Origin: Thermomicrobiales bacterium
Lineage (GTDB): Bacteria; Chloroflexota; Chloroflexia; Thermomicrobiales; UBA6265
Direction: 5' to 3'
Assembly (NCBI GenBank): GCA_042408955.1
Contig: JBHOQQ010000088.1
Span: 650 to 64,649, forward strand
DNA: 64,000 nucleotides
The position numbers and the translations under genes are program-made. Below are positions 13,013 to 22,990 of the stretch, in pieces. Below the pieces are notes generated by a model, which was given only the letters and a program-made list of their open reading frames with translations, searched no databases and was not told the origin of the DNA. Every line of letters begins with the position of its first letter. The first letter of the stretch is position 1.

Positions 13013-13951
13013 CTATCGCCCCACCACGTACCGAGCCATCACAGCAAATAGGCCGAGGACGCTAGCCAGACCTAAGAGATCTGGGGCGCGAAAGATCCGC
13101 AGCTTAGCGAACGCAGACTCGATGATGGCGAGCAAAAGACCGAGCGCTGCGATCTTCGCCGTGAAGGCCACGATGGCAATACCAAGGCGAGTGAGCCCAA
13201 CGTCGCTTGGCGGTGCCATGCCCCATGGGAAAAACAGGGCAGCTGCAAGCGATATGATCGCGAGCTGCTTGATTTGCGTCGCCCAGTGAATGATCCCCAA
13301 GGGACGGCCACTGTATTCGAGGATCATGCCCTCATGGGCCATGGTGAGCTCAAGGTGCGTGTCGGGATTGTCGATAGGGATGCGGCCGGTTTCCGCGATC
13401 ATGACAATGAGCATGGATCCGAACGCGAGGAGATCCGCGGCGCTCGGGAAACGGTGGCCGATCAGCGCCGTCAGCGATGTTGAGCCGGCGGGAAGCGCTG
13501 CGGCAAACAGCACCAGAAGGAGGGCTGGCTCAACGAGCGCGGCAAAGGCGACTTCCCGGCTGGCGCCCATGCCGCCGAAATTGCTCGCGGTGTCAAGCGC
13601 GGCAAGCGCCAAGGCGAACCTCGCAAGGGCGAACAAACCGACGAAGACGATGGCATCGCCGGCCCCGCCGGTCGCAGAGCGCCGAACCAGCGTGGGAACC
13701 ATGCTGGCCGCGGTGAGGAGCGCAGCGGCATACACGGCGGGCGCCCAGCGAAAAATCCAGGACACTTGATCGGACACGACGCTCTCGCGCGAGAGCAATT
13801 TGGCGATATCCCTAGCTGGCTGCAGCCATCCCGGCCCCTGCCGCATCTGAAATCGTGCTTTGCAGCTCTTGATGAACCCTTGTAGCAACGGGGCAAGGAG
13901 CAGCATCATCACAATTTGAACTGGCAACAGGCGCGCATCCACGACGGGCAC
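13013..13951 (-). CDS. hyfC: Hydrogenase membrane anchor subunit (HyfC/HycD, NuoH-like)
   Basis: RQGP-QP-RD-KL, FGGMGASRE, ETGRIP-DNP-THLELTM-HE-M-LEYSG. Confidence 0.9.
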   Translation of the reverse strand: MPVVDARLLPVQIVMMLLLAPLLQGFIKSCKARFQMRQGPGWLQPARDIAKLLSRESVVSDQVSWIFRWAPAVYAAALLTAASMVPTLVRRSATGGAGDAIVFVGLFALARFALALAALDTASNFGGMGASREVAFAALVEPALLLVLFAAALPAGSTSLTALIGHRFPSAADLLAFGSMLIVMIAETGRIPIDNPDTHLELTMAHEGMILEYSGRPLGIIHWATQIKQLAIISLAAALFFPWGMAPPSDVGLTRLGIAIVAFTAKIAALGLLLAIIESAFAKLRIFRAPDLLGLASVLGLFAVMARYVVGR

Positions 13952-13953
13952 TC

Positions 13954-16011
13954 CTATCGTGCTATGAGGAGAATGAGCATCAAGGTCAGGAACAGGTACG
14001 TGAGGTACAGCCGCAATGAGCCGCTCTGGAGCTGGCGGGCGCGGTGGGACATTGCCACGAGCCAGCGCGTCAGACGCTCGTAGAGATGTTGCTCATAGAC
14101 AGCGGCAAGACGCTCTTCATACCGGATCGCGCTGACGACAAACTGCGATGGCGACCGCTCGATCTGAACCGTGCGCTGGGGACGAATGACCGCTTGGAAA
14201 ATGAGGCGGATTGGTTTTGCGAAGGCAGTGGCAGAGTATTGCATGGAAGGCTCAAGGCTAATACCACACACCCAGGTTGGGGCGCGCCGCTGGCGAAGCG
14301 GTCCCGCAGAAACGCGGGCCACGATCCAGGGGACCACCCCGAGGCACACCAGCCCTGCCGCGATCATCAGGGGCGAGTAGGCTCCCCCACTTGGCGTTTG
14401 GGTCAAAGCGGGAGTGACGCTTAGAGAGGGCTGAGCCCTCGCACCGACCAATTGCTCGCTGACCGGGCGAAGGAGCTGGAGGAGGAGACTCGGTAGTAGG
14501 CCGAGCAGGACACAGCCGCTAGCTAACAGGCCCATGCCACCGATCATCGACGCTGGCACCTCACGCGCGCCTTTCGCTTCCTCGGACTGTGGTTGTGCGA
14601 GAAATCCAATGCCAAAGACGCGGACAAAGCACGCGATCGCCAGTGCACTGGTCAGAGCTAGCATGGCGGCCGCGCTTCCCGCCAAGATGCCGCCACGGAC
14701 ATGCGTGCTTGCGGCGCCAAGGTTCAGGAAGGCTTGAAACAAGAGCCATTCTCCTGCAAAACCATTGAGTGGAGGTACGGCCGCGATCGACATGCAGCCA
14801 ATGAGCATCAAGATGGATGTTCGTGGCATCCGGTGAATGAGGCTACCGAGACGCTCAAGGTCTCGCACGCCGGATCCCGTTTGGATCGCCCCAGCCCCGA
14901 GAAAGAGGAGTCCCTTGAACAACGAATGATTCAATACGTGTGTCAAGGTAGCGACAAGGGCGAGCGCGGCAAGTGATGAGTGGCCACTACCGCCCATGTA
15001 CAAGGTCGCGCCGGTTCCCATCGTGAGAATGCCGATGTGCTCGACAGTCGAATAGGCAAGGATGCGCTTTAGGTCGCGTTCCATCAGGGCATACAGCACG
15101 CCGAGCACTGCCGAAACTCCACCACCCAGGATGAGCAATGCGCCCCACCACGGTGCTGGCGGTCCTGCCAACTCCATGGCGAGGCGGAAGAGTCCGTAGA
15201 GTGCGGTCTTGACCATTACCCCAGACATGAGCGCGGAGACGTGGCTCGGAGCCGCGGGGTGGGCGCGAGGAAGCCAAACGTGGAGTGGAATCAGCCCAGC
15301 CTTTGTGCCAAAGCCGAGCAAGGCCAGCAGGAAAATGACGGCGCGTTGACTCTGGCCGAGAGTTGCTGCGGTCTCAGCGATCGTTGCGAATTGGAACGAC
15401 TGGGCGTGGCGAGCCAGCAGCAAGAGGGAGACGACGAGCGCTCCAGTGCCAGCATGGGTCATCACTGCATAGATGAAGGCGGAGCGCCGGTTAAGGTAGC
15501 TCCGGCCATCGCCAATTACCAGAAAAAATGAAACAAGGGACATAAGCTCCCAGAAAAAGAGAAAGCCGAAAATGCCATCCGCCAGCACCAGGAGCGACAT
15601 GCTGGCAAGGAAGATGGCGACCTGCCCATCGATGCCCTCACGTGCCGGGGTCGAATGCCCATCCTGGTTATCACCGTGGGAAGTGAGGTAGCCCACGCCA
15701 TACCAGGCTGACGCAACCGCGGACACCGAGATGACAAGTAAGAACCATGCGGCTAGCGGATCGAGGCGAAAGCCTACCTGGGCAAATGGTGCGACCATCC
15801 ACCCGCTGAGGGAAAGCGTTTGCTCAGTGAGGAGTGCCCAGACCGCGACGATCGCGCCAGTCACGCCACCGGCCATGGTGCATGCCGAGGAGAGCCACCC
15901 GAGCAGAGTCTTGCCCAGCAGCGCACGCGTGATGACGACCACGAGCGCAACTGCATACCAAGCGACGGGCAGGAGTATCACGCCCGCCTTCATGGAAGAG
16001 GTATCCATCAA
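13954..16011 (-). CDS. hyfB: Hydrogenase-4 subunit B (HyfB/HycC, NuoL-like)
   Basis: WELMS, [47 protein letters not shown], W-CG...MQYSA. Confidence 0.9.
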   Translation of the reverse strand: [685 protein letters not shown]

Positions 16012-16341
16012 ACGGCAAGTCCTTCCCAGAAGCTAATGGCGCTGAGACGGCAGACCACGGCTCGCTCCCAGCCGGCCAATGTGGCCGCGCGGGCGAAAGC
16101 CTGGATCCAACCCAGGTGGTGTTGACCAGGCAGCACGGAAAATCGCCGCAAGAGACAGCGGGAATGCTGCGCGCGTATCACTGCGAGCGTACGACTCCAA
16201 TCGAAGCACTCTTCTCGCCGCGCGCTTGGAGGACCAGTTGATCAAGGCGTGGTAGGTCCCACTGTTGCTCCGGAGGCTGCTGCACGCTGGGTTCTCCTGC
16301 TATGTTGCTTCCTGCAAATCTTTGAATCTAACGCTATCGCC

Positions 16342-16370
16342 ATATTAGCGGGTACGCGCCGCATTGACAA
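16342..16370 (-). promoter_or_regulatory. Putative sigma70 promoter of the hydrogenase operon
   Basis: Minus strand TTGTCA-N17-TAATAT, about 330 nt upstream of hyfB. Confidence 0.5.
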
Positions 16371-16530
16371 CCGGCTATCTCCTCCGACGTACCGCGGCCG
16401 CTGTTTCTAAGTGCTGGCATGCCTCAGACCGGAATGGTCGGTGCTACACTCGCTCGCATATGATCTTCAGCGGCGCGCAGCGGTGCTCAGGGGCAATGTG
16501 GCTGCGCAAGGTAACAGGAGAACGCTGTCT

Positions 16531-19500
16531 ATGTCTCTCGGCGTCGAAGCATCTGCGCCAAGGATAAAGAAGTCTGGCGGAAACGGCGCGCCCGACTCGA
16601 CGCTCCGTGAGCGTCGCGCCGCGCTGGAGACGGCGCGGGTGCTCGAAGTTGAGCTGCGTGCCCGGCTAGCTGGTGAGGTCCGCTTCGATAAGACGGCGCG
16701 CATGCTCTACTCGACCGATGCCTCGAACTACCAGATCGAGCCGGTTGGCGTCGTCATTCCCAAGACGCTCGACGATGTCCAAGCGACAGTCGAGCTTGCC
16801 GCGAGCCACGGCGTGCCGATCCTGCCGCGGGGTGGCGGCTCGTCGCTGGCAGGTCAGGCGGTCGGTGCCGCGCTCGTCATTGATTTCTCCAAATATCTCA
16901 ACCGGATCGTCGCCTTCGAGCCGGAAGCACGGCGTGTCACTGTCGAGCCGGGCATCAATCTCGATCAACTCAACAAGGCGCTCAAACCGAGCGGATTGAT
17001 GTTTGGTCCTGATCCCTCCTCCAGCAATCGCGCGACGGTCGGTGGGGTGGTCGGCAACAACTCGGCTGGCGCTCACTCCATTTTGTACGGGATGACCGCC
17101 GACCACGTCCTGTCGGTGCGCGTCGCGTTGGTGGAAGGCGGCGTCGTCGAGCTTGGCCCCGGCACGGACGCGGAGCTCGCGGCGCTGGCGGCGGTGGAGG
17201 ATGCGCGTGGCCGGCTCCTTCGCGACCTGCTGGCATTCCGGGAGGCGCATCGCGACCTGATTGCCCGCGACTTTCCCCGGCACTGGCGACGCGCGACCGG
17301 CTACTCACTCAACGAATTCTTGAAACCCGATGGCGAGTTCAACCCGGCACGCTTGCTGGTGGCGTCTGAAGGCACGCTTGGCACCCTGCTGAGTGTGACG
17401 CTGAACTTGGTGCCAACACCGCGGATGACCGGGCTGGTGCTGCTGCAATTCGACGAGCTCGTTGCCGCGATGGCGGCCACCCCGGTCATCCTCGAGGCTG
17501 AGCCGTCGGCCATCGAGCTGATGGACCGGATGCTCATCAACCTCACCCGGTCCCAACCAGGCTATGCGCCACAGATCGCATTTATCCAGGGCGACCCAGC
17601 CGGGGTGCTGGCTGTCGAGTTTTATGGGGAGAGCGAAGCAGAGCTGGCCGCGAAATGCGACCGTCTCGAAGCTCACCTGGCGAAGCGTGGTGTCCGCCTG
17701 AGCGCACCGGCGTTGCGGGTGCTCGACGCAAAGCGACAAGCCGATGTCTGGTCGGTACGCAAGGCGGGTCTCGGGCTCTTGATGAGCATGCGCGGTGATG
17801 CGAAGCCGGTCCCTGTCATCGAAGATGTCGCCGTGCCGGTGGAGCACCTCGCGGAGTACGTGGGCGCCATCGAGCGGCTGGTGGCCGAGCATGGAACGAC
17901 GGCGGCTTTCTATGCGCATGCCTCGGCCGGATGCCTCCACATTCGCCCCCTCATCAATCTCAAGGATGTCAAAGGGGTGGAGACGATGGTCGCGCTGGCA
18001 CACGGTGCTGCCGAGCTCGCCCACCGATTTGGCGGCGTGATGAGCGGAGAGCATGGTGATGGATTGCAACGCTCTGAGCTCAACGAGCTGATCTTCGGGC
18101 CAGAGCTCTACGCGGCTATGCGCGAATTCAAGGCGATCTTCGATCCACGGGGACTGATGAATCCCGGTAAGAAGGTTGATGCTCCCCCCATGACGGAGCA
18201 TCTCCGCTATGGGCCGTCGTACCGCCCGGTCGAGCCGAAGACGCATCTCGACTTTTCGAAAGAGGGTGGGTTCCTGCGGGCCATCGAGATGTGCAATGGC
18301 GCGGCAGTCTGCCGGAAGCTCAAAGCCGGCACGATGTGCCCCTCATACATGGCTACGCGTGACGAACAGGACACCACGCGCGCGCGGGCGAATGCGCTGC
18401 GCAACGCGCTGGCTGGCCGCGTGTTCGACCGGAGCGACTTTACCTCCAAAGCCACCTATGAGGTGATGGATCTTTGCCTGTCGTGCAAGGCATGCAAGAC
18501 CGAATGTCCCTCCAGCGTCGACATGGCCAAGATCAAGACGGAATTCCTTGCCCACTACTACGACGCGCATGGAACGCCGCTGCGCGCGCGGGTCTTCGGG
18601 CATATCCATACGATTTCTAAACTCACGGCGCCAATTGCGCCGCTGGCGAATCTCCTGCTGCGCACCCCGCTGAGCGCGCCAGCGATGCGGGCGCTTGGCG
18701 TGCACCCGGAGCGTAAGCTTTCCCCGTTCGCGCGGCGGACGTTCGTCGCTCGGTGGCGGCAGCATCTGAAACACCTGCCGGCGGGACGGCCCACGCGTGG
18801 CAAAGTGGTCTATTTTCACGATACGTTCACCACCTACAACTATCCACGCGTGGGCCTGGCGGCCGTCAAGCTGCTGGAGGCTGCTGGATTCGATGTGATT
18901 GTCGAGGAGCGCCGGACCTGTTGTGGCCGCCCGATGCTGTCGAAGGGCCTCGTCAACGACGCGCGGAAGGTTGCCCGGAAGAATGTGCTGGTGCTGGCAC
19001 CCTATGCCCGCGCTGGATATCCGATCATCGGAACGGAGCCAAGCTGCATTCTCACCTTGCGCGATGAATATCTCGATTTGTTGCCTGGTGATCCCGAGGC
19101 GGAGGCCGTTGCCTCCCAGGCGATGATGCTCGATGAGTTCCTCGCGAAGCTAGCTGCCGAGGACGATCTTGGCATCACCTGGAAAAGTGGCGCGGCGCCT
19201 GAGGTGTTGTTCCACGGACATTGCCACCAAAAGGCGTTGATCGGGGTTGGGCCATCGCTGGCGATCTTGCGGCATGCTGGGTATCGAGTCACTGAGAGCG
19301 GGGCCGGGTGCTGCGGCATGGCTGGCTCCTTTGGCTACGAAGCGGAGCACTACGAGATCTCTCGGAAGATCGGGGAGGACCGCCTGTTCCCGGCGATCGA
19401 GGCAACCTCGCCAGAAACGGTGATCGCAGTCGCAGGCGTTTCCTGCCGCCAGCAGATCGAGCATTTTACCGGCCGCCGGGCTCGCCATATCGCGGAGGTG

Positions 19501-19590
19501 CTGGCGGGGCGCATCGCGCCTGGGCATGTCTGGCAGCCACCCGCCGTGATGCCGTCGCTGAGCCCGGAGGATGCTCTGACACGTGCCTAA
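16531..19590 (+). CDS. FAD-linked oxidase / Fe-S / CCG-domain oxidoreductase (YdiJ-GlcD/GlpC-type)
   Basis: AGGAG RBS; DASNYQ, RGGGSSLAGQ, SGEHGDG, CNG--C...MCPSY, CLSCKACKTECP, TCCG, HGHCHQKA, CCGMAGSFG. Confidence 0.9.
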   Translation: MSLGVEASAPRIKKSGGNGAPDSTLRERRAALETARVLEVELRARLAGEVRFDKTARMLYSTDASNYQIEPVGVVIPKTLDDVQATVELAASHGVPILPRGGGSSLAGQAVGAALVIDFSKYLNRIVAFEPEARRVTVEPGINLDQLNKALKPSGLMFGPDPSSSNRATVGGVVGNNSAGAHSILYGMTADHVLSVRVALVEGGVVELGPGTDAELAALAAVEDARGRLLRDLLAFREAHRDLIARDFPRHWRRATGYSLNEFLKPDGEFNPARLLVASEGTLGTLLSVTLNLVPTPRMTGLVLLQFDELVAAMAATPVILEAEPSAIELMDRMLINLTRSQPGYAPQIAFIQGDPAGVLAVEFYGESEAELAAKCDRLEAHLAKRGVRLSAPALRVLDAKRQADVWSVRKAGLGLLMSMRGDAKPVPVIEDVAVPVEHLAEYVGAIERLVAEHGTTAAFYAHASAGCLHIRPLINLKDVKGVETMVALAHGAAELAHRFGGVMSGEHGDGLQRSELNELIFGPELYAAMREFKAIFDPRGLMNPGKKVDAPPMTEHLRYGPSYRPVEPKTHLDFSKEGGFLRAIEMCNGAAVCRKLKAGTMCPSYMATRDEQDTTRARANALRNALAGRVFDRSDFTSKATYEVMDLCLSCKACKTECPSSVDMAKIKTEFLAHYYDAHGTPLRARVFGHIHTISKLTAPIAPLANLLLRTPLSAPAMRALGVHPERKLSPFARRTFVARWRQHLKHLPAGRPTRGKVVYFHDTFTTYNYPRVGLAAVKLLEAAGFDVIVEERRTCCGRPMLSKGLVNDARKVARKNVLVLAPYARAGYPIIGTEPSCILTLRDEYLDLLPGDPEAEAVASQAMMLDEFLAKLAAEDDLGITWKSGAAPEVLFHGHCHQKALIGVGPSLAILRHAGYRVTESGAGCCGMAGSFGYEAEHYEISRKIGEDRLFPAIEATSPETVIAVAGVSCRQQIEHFTGRRARHIAEVLAGRIAPGHVWQPPAVMPSLSPEDALTRA

Positions 19591-19646
19591 GCGCCAGGCA
19601 AGGCCACGACGGATTGATCGGACGAAGCCAAGCGCTGGAGGAAGCG

Positions 19647-20144
19647 ATGGGTCAGATCCGCGTCGTTGCCGAGCGAATCATCGGGGCGCCGCCAGAGCGC
19701 GTTTATGGTGTGCTGCGGGATTATCGGGAGCATCATCCAAAGATTCTGCCGCCGGCATTTTCTGACTTCCGCATTGAGGAAGGGGGTGTCGGCGCAGGCA
19801 CCATCGTCTCCTTCACGATGACTGCCGGTGGCCGAAAGCGCAACTTCCGATCGCGCATCGACGAGCCGGAACCGGGCCGCGTCTTGCGCGAGACCGATCT
19901 GGAGTCCAGCGCGGTGACGAGCTTTACCATCACGCCAGAGCGCCCGGGGAGCCACGTCCGGATCGAGACGTCCTGGCAGGGAGGCGGTGGCTTCGGCGGC
20001 TTGATGGAGCGGCTCTTTGCGCCTCGCATCTTGCGCCGGTTGTACGCCGATGAGCTCGGCCGGCTCGACCACTATGTCCGAGAGCGCGGCGTGATAGGGA
20101 GCACTGACGTTTCAACCCAGGAGGGGGGCACCACCGCGCAATGA
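19647..20144 (+). CDS. SRPBCC (polyketide cyclase/dehydrase) family protein
   Basis: GGAGG RBS; I-APPERVY--L-DY--HHP-ILP, GG-GAGT, EPEPGRVL-E. Confidence 0.82.
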   Translation: MGQIRVVAERIIGAPPERVYGVLRDYREHHPKILPPAFSDFRIEEGGVGAGTIVSFTMTAGGRKRNFRSRIDEPEPGRVLRETDLESSAVTSFTITPERPGSHVRIETSWQGGGGFGGLMERLFAPRILRRLYADELGRLDHYVRERGVIGSTDVSTQEGGTTAQ

Positions 20145-20794
20145 TCCGCGCTGTGATTTTCGATATGGATGGTGTGCTGATCGATTCGGAGCCGCTGTGG
20201 CGCATCGCAGAGGTGGAAGTCCTATCTCGTGTCGGCGTGCCCATCACGTATGAGCGAACGTTGGAAACGATGGGACTTCGCACCGATGAGGTCGTGGAGT
20301 ACTGGCACCAGCGCTATCCCTGGGCTGAACCACCGAAGAAAGAAGTGGAGGCAGGCATCGACCGGCGCGTACTTGAGCTCATTCGGGAGCGCGGCAAGCC
20401 GGCCAGAGGTGCGCTGGCGGCCATCGAGCGATGTGCTGCCGCCGGTTTTCCGCTAGCAATTGCTTCATCGTCCGCGAGCGACCTCATCGCTGCCGTGGTC
20501 GACACGCTTGGCGTGCGCGACCGGTTTGCCGTGCTGCAATCGGCCGAGCATGAGCCGTACGGCAAGCCGCATCCCGCGGTGTACATCGAGGCGGCTCGCG
20601 CCCTTGGCATCCCGCCCGACCAGTGCCTTGCCATCGAGGATTCCCCAAACGGTCTGCTGGCGGCCAAAGCGGCGAGGATGCGTTGCATCGTCGTTCCCGA
20701 TCCGGCCCTCCGGCATGATCGCCGGTATTGCATTGCTGATGCCGTGCTCGATTCGCTTGAGGACCTCAGCCTCGATTTGGTTCGCTCGTTGTGA
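20141..20794 (+). CDS. HAD-family phosphatase (HxpB/YniC-like)
   Basis: FDMDGVLIDSEPLW, ASSS, KPHP, EDS-NG; ATGA overlap with the upstream gene. Confidence 0.88.
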   Translation: MIRAVIFDMDGVLIDSEPLWRIAEVEVLSRVGVPITYERTLETMGLRTDEVVEYWHQRYPWAEPPKKEVEAGIDRRVLELIRERGKPARGALAAIERCAAAGFPLAIASSSASDLIAAVVDTLGVRDRFAVLQSAEHEPYGKPHPAVYIEAARALGIPPDQCLAIEDSPNGLLAAKAARMRCIVVPDPALRHDRRYCIADAVLDSLEDLSLDLVRSL

Positions 20795-20924
20795 CCACCT
20801 CGTGCGTTGCGCCTGTTGCCGCAGCTCGCGCCGACTCGCTCATGTACGTGATGACGAGATGAGTGAGGCGGCGTCCTCCGCGGCTGCTCCTCTGCTGTCT
20901 CCGCGCCGCCCATTCACCAGCGCG

Positions 20925-21497
20925 TCAGGACTGTTCCTTGTCGTGATGCGCCCGCTCGCCGGTCTTAGCCAGCAGCGGCGAGGCGCCAGCCGCATGGTCC
21001 TCGAAGCGAGCGAGGACGAAGAGAAACGAGGAAAGACGGTTCACGTACCGGAGAATTTGTGGATTGGTGATGTGACCGGCATTGGCTAAGGTCACGGCTT
21101 GGCGCTCGGCACGGCGGGCAACGGTGCGAGCAACGTCGAGCGCGGCCCCGGCGACGGAGTCGCCAGGAAGAATGAATTGCGGCGGGAGATTCAATGTGGC
21201 TGAGATGAAGTCCGTCAATTCTTCTAAGCGTAACACGCGATCCTCCGCCAGGGAGAAACTCGCCGGGCGCAGTTCCTCCGTGAAAGCGAGCTCTGCCATG
21301 AGGTGATAGAGATCGCGCTGCACTTCGACCAACCATTCCTTAGACTGTGGTGATTGTGTAAGAGCCCGTGCCAGGCCGAGGCTTGACGTCGTCTCGTCCA
21401 GCGTTCCGATCAGCTCGATGCGTGGATCGTCTTTCGGAACGCGGGCGCCCAGCAGATCGGTGGTGCCCTGGTCTCCTTTTCCAGTGAATATGCGCAT
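20925..21497 (-). CDS. pduO: PduO-type ATP:cob(I)alamin adenosyltransferase
   Basis: IFTGKGDQGTT, G-LDE, FILPG, ARTVARRAER, YVNRLSS-LF-LAR. Confidence 0.88.
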   Translation of the reverse strand: MRIFTGKGDQGTTDLLGARVPKDDPRIELIGTLDETTSSLGLARALTQSPQSKEWLVEVQRDLYHLMAELAFTEELRPASFSLAEDRVLRLEELTDFISATLNLPPQFILPGDSVAGAALDVARTVARRAERQAVTLANAGHITNPQILRYVNRLSSFLFVLARFEDHAAGASPLLAKTGERAHHDKEQS

Positions 21498-21703
21498 GTC
21501 CCAACTCCCTTGCTCGTGGTGCAATCCCAGTGGAATCCCAGCCTGTGCTTGGGACATCCTGCCATAGCGTACTGCCCACGCCGAGCCCACGAGGTGCAGC
21601 AAGCGCGCCGGAACGTGCAGCAGCCGCGGAGGCAGACGGAGCAGTCATTGCCGAGCGATCGTGTAGGATTGCCGGCCGGTGACCAAGCGTCACCGGAGGG
21701 CAT

Positions 21704-22855
21704 GTGGGCAACGTGATGAGAGAGACACGAGTCATGATCGGTTCGGATCGGGTGCGAGGTGGGGGGCCTCGCTCGGGCGTCATTCGGGTTGGCGTGATTG
21801 GAGCCGGGCACGCGGCGATGATGCATCTTCCGGCGCTCAACCACCTCCCGGATACCGAAGTGGTGGCATTGTGCTCGCGCCGGCCGGATCGCGCACACCT
21901 GGTTGCCGCGCGCTATGGCGTGCGCAACGTGGTGGCGGACTATCGGGACGTGCTGCTTGATCCAGGGATCGATGCCGTCATCATCGCCACGCCGCCCTAC
22001 CTCCACCATCAGATGGTGCTCGCGGCGCTAGAAGCCCGCAAGCACATCCTCTGTGAAAAGCCGCTGGCGCGGACGCTGGCCGAGGCCCGAGACATGGCAA
22101 AGATGGCGGAGTCGGCAGGCGTCGTGGCGATGATCAACCACGAGTACCGGTTCATCCCGGCGCGGGCGCGTGCCAAAGAGCTTATCGACGAGGGCTATCT
22201 CGGCGATCCCTACTCGGCATCCGTGACGGTCTATCGCTCCAGCCTCAACGATCCCTTTGGCGAGGCGTGGGACTGGCTTTCGGAGGCCGCCAAGGGGGGC
22301 GGCATGCTAGCCGCGGCTGGCTCGCACCATATTGATGCCCTGCGTTGGTGGCTGGGGGAGATCAAAGCCGTCGCCGGGGCCACGGCAACAATGGTCAAGC
22401 GTCGCCGGCTGCCGGAATCAAGCCAGACCGCGCCGGTGGACGCCGACGACAACTTCGCCGTCTTGCTGCGGTTCGTCAGTGGCGCCCTGGCGACGATCCA
22501 TTACTCGGCCACGGCGACGCACGATGTTGGCGATGAAGTCATATTGTCTGGCTCCGAGGGCATCTTGGTGATCACCGGTGATGGACGGTTGCTCGGGGGG
22601 AGACGGCGCGAGGCGCTGGACGAGTTGCCGATACCGGAGCGGCTTGAGCCGGAGATGCCACCATTTGAGCATCCGCTCACCGCGCCGACGGTCCTGCTCC
22701 TGAAGCAATGGGTGCGCGCAATCCGCCTGGGTCTGCAAGGCTCACCCTCGTTCGCGGACGGGATCAAGGTGCAAGAAGTGCTCGATGGTGTGGTGCGGTC
22801 GGCGCAGCAGGGGAGGTGGATTGAGCTCGTGCGGTCGCGCTTTCAGATCGGCTAA
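21704..22855 (+). CDS. Gfo/Idh/MocA family oxidoreductase (start uncertain, possibly 21734)
   Basis: GVIGAG, IATPP--H, CEKP, GGG-L---GSH-ID. Confidence 0.88.
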   Translation: MGNVMRETRVMIGSDRVRGGGPRSGVIRVGVIGAGHAAMMHLPALNHLPDTEVVALCSRRPDRAHLVAARYGVRNVVADYRDVLLDPGIDAVIIATPPYLHHQMVLAALEARKHILCEKPLARTLAEARDMAKMAESAGVVAMINHEYRFIPARARAKELIDEGYLGDPYSASVTVYRSSLNDPFGEAWDWLSEAAKGGGMLAAAGSHHIDALRWWLGEIKAVAGATATMVKRRRLPESSQTAPVDADDNFAVLLRFVSGALATIHYSATATHDVGDEVILSGSEGILVITGDGRLLGGRRREALDELPIPERLEPEMPPFEHPLTAPTVLLLKQWVRAIRLGLQGSPSFADGIKVQEVLDGVVRSAQQGRWIELVRSRFQIG

Positions 22856-22990
22856 TCTGGCAGGTGCTGCTCGTGAGCGTGCCGGGCTACCCTGCGATAA
22901 TAAGCGCCCCGCGGGCTCTCGCCGCGCTGGAAATGATGATCATTGTCGCTTGCCAGCATTGGACTGGGCATATGTGAGGAGGATGGAGAC

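Noticed and set aside
16012-16400. Fluoride riboswitch upstream of the hyf-like operon (a known association)
   Set aside because: Only GGCGATAG is present; there is no P1 closure and no TGATG/pseudoknot strand.
21498-21703. Cobalamin riboswitch upstream of pduO
   Set aside because: No B12-box or GGGAA/GCCACTG core motifs.
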